NCBI GenBank assembly: GCA_031422435.1
Contig: JANPLU010000123.1
Location: 1-64,000 of the forward strand
Length of the DNA stretch: 64,000 bases
From: Acaryochloridaceae cyanobacterium VAR_48_metabat_390
GTDB taxonomy: Bacteria; Cyanobacteriota; Cyanobacteriia; Thermosynechococcales; Thermosynechococcaceae
Direction of reading: 5' to 3'
This document shows, piece by piece, positions 61,411 to 64,000 of this stretch (the stretch's first letter is position 1; each line of letters starts with the position of its first letter). Under the pieces are notes generated by a model that did no database searches, was not told where the DNA came from, and saw only the letters and a program-made list of their open reading frames with translations. The position numbers were made by a program, and so were the translations under genes.

Positions 61411-62616
61411 ATGATCTATCAACCTCCGACTGGCGCTCGGGATTTGCTGCCCGTAGATGTGGCGCAAAAACAATGGATTGAGCATCGACTCCAGGACGTG
61501 TTTAACGGCTGGAGCTATCACCGCATCATTACGCCCACTTTAGAGCGCCTAGATACGCTGGTAGCGGGTGAAGCGGTACAGCCAGAAACCGTAATTCAGG
61601 TGTGGGATGCAGAAGAGGGCATTTTAGGGTTACGTCCCGAATTAACGGCCTCGATCGCTCGGGCGGCGGCAACGCGCATGGTGGAGACGTACCCGCAACG
61701 GCTTTTTTATACCGCCAACATTTTTCGACGGCAGCCGATGGGGCAAACCTATGGGCAGCACGAGTTTTATCAGGCTGGCGTAGAGCTGCTAGGGGCTGGA
61801 GGTGTTTCTGCGGATGCGGAGGTGCTGCTGCTGCTGGCGGATGCGCTGTCTAGCCTAGGGCTAGAGCAGTGGCATTTAGTTTTGGGGGATGCAGGGTTAA
61901 CGCGATCGCTTCTGTGGGATTTCCCGAAGCCGCTGCGAGGCAAGGTGAGAGAGGCGATCGCCCAGCTCAACTACGTAGAACTTGAGCAGTTGCCCCTAGA
62001 GCCTGCCCTGCGAAATCGCGCCCTAAAGCTGATGGACTTACGCGGTGAACCAGTTTCGGTGCTGCAACAGGTCAGCCAATGGTCTTTGGACGCTACCCAG
62101 CTTGCGGCGGTACAGCGGCTCAAGTCTGTAGTGGAGCTTCTAGAGGGACATCCCTCTGTCACCCTAGATCTGAGCCTTATTCAAAGCTTCGATTACTACA
62201 CAGGGTTGGTTTTTGAGGTGGTCAGCGATAGCTTTAGCGGTCAACGGGTGTTAGGTCAAGGAGGCCGCTACGACCAGCTTTTGAGTCTGTATCATCCTCA
62301 AGGCCAGATGATCCCAGGGATTGGGTTTTCGCTCAACATGGAAGACTTGCAACACGTCTTAATGGGCACCTTGCCTCAGCACACTGCGGTCAGTCACTGG
62401 CTAGTCGTGCCTGCTTCCCCTAATTTGGTGGCGGCGGCGTTCTGCCATGCTCAGCAGTTAAGGCATCAAGAAGGTTCTGTTCGGGTAGAAGTGGAGCTTG
62501 AGGGGCGATCGCCCGAGCAAATCCGCCTTTATGCAAAACATCGACAGATTCAGCAAATTGCTTGGGTGAGGGCCGCGAGTTCTGTCACAATTGAGACCGT
62601 AGAACCTTCGACCTAA
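61411..62616 (+). CDS. hisZ: ATP phosphoribosyltransferase regulatory subunit
   Basis: GARDLLP, LRPELTASIAR, EFYQAGVEL, YYTGLVFE, GGRYD; adjacent to short-form hisG. Confidence 0.95.
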   Translation: MIYQPPTGARDLLPVDVAQKQWIEHRLQDVFNGWSYHRIITPTLERLDTLVAGEAVQPETVIQVWDAEEGILGLRPELTASIARAAATRMVETYPQRLFYTANIFRRQPMGQTYGQHEFYQAGVELLGAGGVSADAEVLLLLADALSSLGLEQWHLVLGDAGLTRSLLWDFPKPLRGKVREAIAQLNYVELEQLPLEPALRNRALKLMDLRGEPVSVLQQVSQWSLDATQLAAVQRLKSVVELLEGHPSVTLDLSLIQSFDYYTGLVFEVVSDSFSGQRVLGQGGRYDQLLSLYHPQGQMIPGIGFSLNMEDLQHVLMGTLPQHTAVSHWLVVPASPNLVAAAFCHAQQLRHQEGSVRVEVELEGRSPEQIRLYAKHRQIQQIAWVRAASSVTIETVEPST

Positions 62617-62625
62617 GGCCGCTCC

Positions 62626-63267
62626 ATGTTAACGGTTGCTTTGCCCAAGGGCGCATTACTCAAAGACAGTATTCGCCTGTTCCAGGCTGTAGGCTTGGAC
62701 TTTAGCGCATTTTTAGACTCTAGCAATCGTCAGCTCCAGATCCCAGAGCCGACGGGCCGTGCTCAGGCGCTGCTGGTAAGAACCCATGATGTGCCGGTTT
62801 ATGTAGAGTACGGTCAGGCTCATCTTGGTGTAGCGGGCTATGACGTACTGAAGGAGAAACAGCCCAAGGTTGCCCACCTAAGAAACCTAGGATTTGGATT
62901 TTGCCGGATGTCGGTGGCAGTGCGCGATTCTAGCCCCTATCGCTCTGCCGCAGAGTTTCCGCCCTACAGTCGGGTTGCCTCTAAGTTTGTGAACTGCGCG
63001 CGGGAGTATTTTGACCAGCTCGATATCCCCGTCGAAATTATTCCGCTGTACGGCTCGGTCGAGCTAGGCCCTATTACGGGGATGTCCGAGGCGATCGTCG
63101 ATTTAGTCTCGACGGGTCGCACCCTCAAAGAAAATGGCTTGGTAGAGCTAGAGGTGCTGTATGAAAGCACAGCTCGTCTGATTGCCCATCCGCTGAGCTA
63201 TCGGCTGAACACCTATGGGCTTCAGGATTGGGTAGAGCAGCTTCAGCCTGCTAGTCTTGGGGTTTAG
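62626..63267 (+). CDS. hisG: ATP phosphoribosyltransferase (short form)
   Basis: [37 protein letters not shown]. Confidence 0.97.
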   Translation: MLTVALPKGALLKDSIRLFQAVGLDFSAFLDSSNRQLQIPEPTGRAQALLVRTHDVPVYVEYGQAHLGVAGYDVLKEKQPKVAHLRNLGFGFCRMSVAVRDSSPYRSAAEFPPYSRVASKFVNCAREYFDQLDIPVEIIPLYGSVELGPITGMSEAIVDLVSTGRTLKENGLVELEVLYESTARLIAHPLSYRLNTYGLQDWVEQLQPASLGV

Positions 63268-63278
63268 ACCTTATCTCT

Positions 63279-63308
63279 GTAGGGAGCGCAAGGCTTTGCC
63301 CTCCCTAC
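63279..63308. repeat. GTAG-family REP palindrome
   Basis: GTAGGGAGCGCAAGGCTTTGCCCTCCCTAC between convergent hisG and recA. Confidence 0.75.
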
Positions 63309-63324
63309 GGAAATAATGTTGGCT

Positions 63325-64000
63325 CTATTCTTCGTCTTCGTCTTCAGAATGGACTTCCCCTGGCACAACAGAGTTAGCAGATACCACCGCACCACCATCC
63401 AGCTTTTGGCGCACTAGCCGTTCAACTTCCTTAGCAAAGTCTGGCTTTTCCTCCATGTACTTGATGGTATTGTCTCGGCCTTGACCGATGTTGTCACCGT
63501 TGTAGCTATACCAAGCACCTTTACGGACGATGATATTGGTTTCTTCAGCAATATCCAAGATACAGCCCAGGGAAGAAATGCCTGTTCCGAAGATGATATC
63601 AAATTCGGCAATTCGGAATGGGGGCGCAATTTTATTTTTGACGACCTTGACCTTGGCGCGGATCCCAAACTCTTCAGTCCCTTTCTTGAGGGTTTGAATA
63701 CGACGAATATCTAGGCGCACTGAGGCATAAAACTTAAGGGCGTTACCGCCTGTGGTGGTTTCAGGGTTGCCGTAGCTGATGCCGATTTTTTGACGAAGCT
63801 GATTTAAGAAAAAGACCGTGCAGCCCGTTTTGCCAATGTTGCCCGTAATTTTGCGCAGCGCCTGACTCATCAGCCTGGCCTGCAAGCCGACATGAACGTC
63901 GCCCATTTCGCCTTCAATTTCAGCACGGGGCACCAATGCCGCCACGGAGTCGATCACCACGAGATCAACGGCGGTGGAGCGCACGAGCTGATCTACAATT
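63325..64000 (-). CDS. recA: Recombinase RecA (partial; 5' end lies outside the window)
   Basis: [47 protein letters not shown]. Confidence 0.98.
   Translation of the reverse strand, partial: IVDQLVRSTAVDLVVIDSVAALVPRAEIEGEMGDVHVGLQARLMSQALRKITGNIGKTGCTVFFLNQLRQKIGISYGNPETTTGGNALKFYASVRLDIRRIQTLKKGTEEFGIRAKVKVVKNKIAPPFRIAEFDIIFGTGISSLGCILDIAEETNIIVRKGAWYSYNGDNIGQGRDNTIKYMEEKPDFAKEVERLVRQKLDGGAVVSANSVVPGEVHSEDEDEE

Overview
Cyanobacterial chromosomal segment, identified by dense HIP1 octamers (GCGATCGC) and genes such as petF, ndhB, crtP/crtB, sigC, rbcR and ftrC. Most of it is housekeeping: the 3' end of murE, sufR-sufBCDS with a canonical SufR operator pair, sigC, ccb1, proS, mraY, sufE/ftrC, ttcA, hflX, petF, crtB/crtP, topA, ndhB, tldD/E, rbcR, nadC, tRNA-Ser(GGA), a ferredoxin-suhB-J-domain cluster, hisZ/hisG and the 3' part of recA. 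Three small accessory islets each carry a toxin-antitoxin pair. (1) A MazF-type pair sits directly behind sufR. (2) An integrase-less ~2.3-kb islet is inserted at the 3' end of sufS and flanked by a HIP1-centred direct repeat; it encodes a 226-aa protein with COMMD-like architecture plus an Xre/MbcA-RES pair. (3) An islet holds a decayed SRAP gene, a pentapeptide-repeat/K+ channel fusion and a UPF0175/DUF3368 pair. Small mobile repeats have remodelled proteins in frame: one 18-nt element sits inside HIP1 sites in both sufD and a UbiH-family gene, and a 150-bp MITE adds 50 aa to a CPBP protease. Also seen: an apparent ATC start codon for hflX, a candidate RpaB-controlled sRNA, and several gene remnants. 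No CRISPR array, rRNA, integrase or intact transposase was found. All family assignments come from motif recognition by eye, not database searches.
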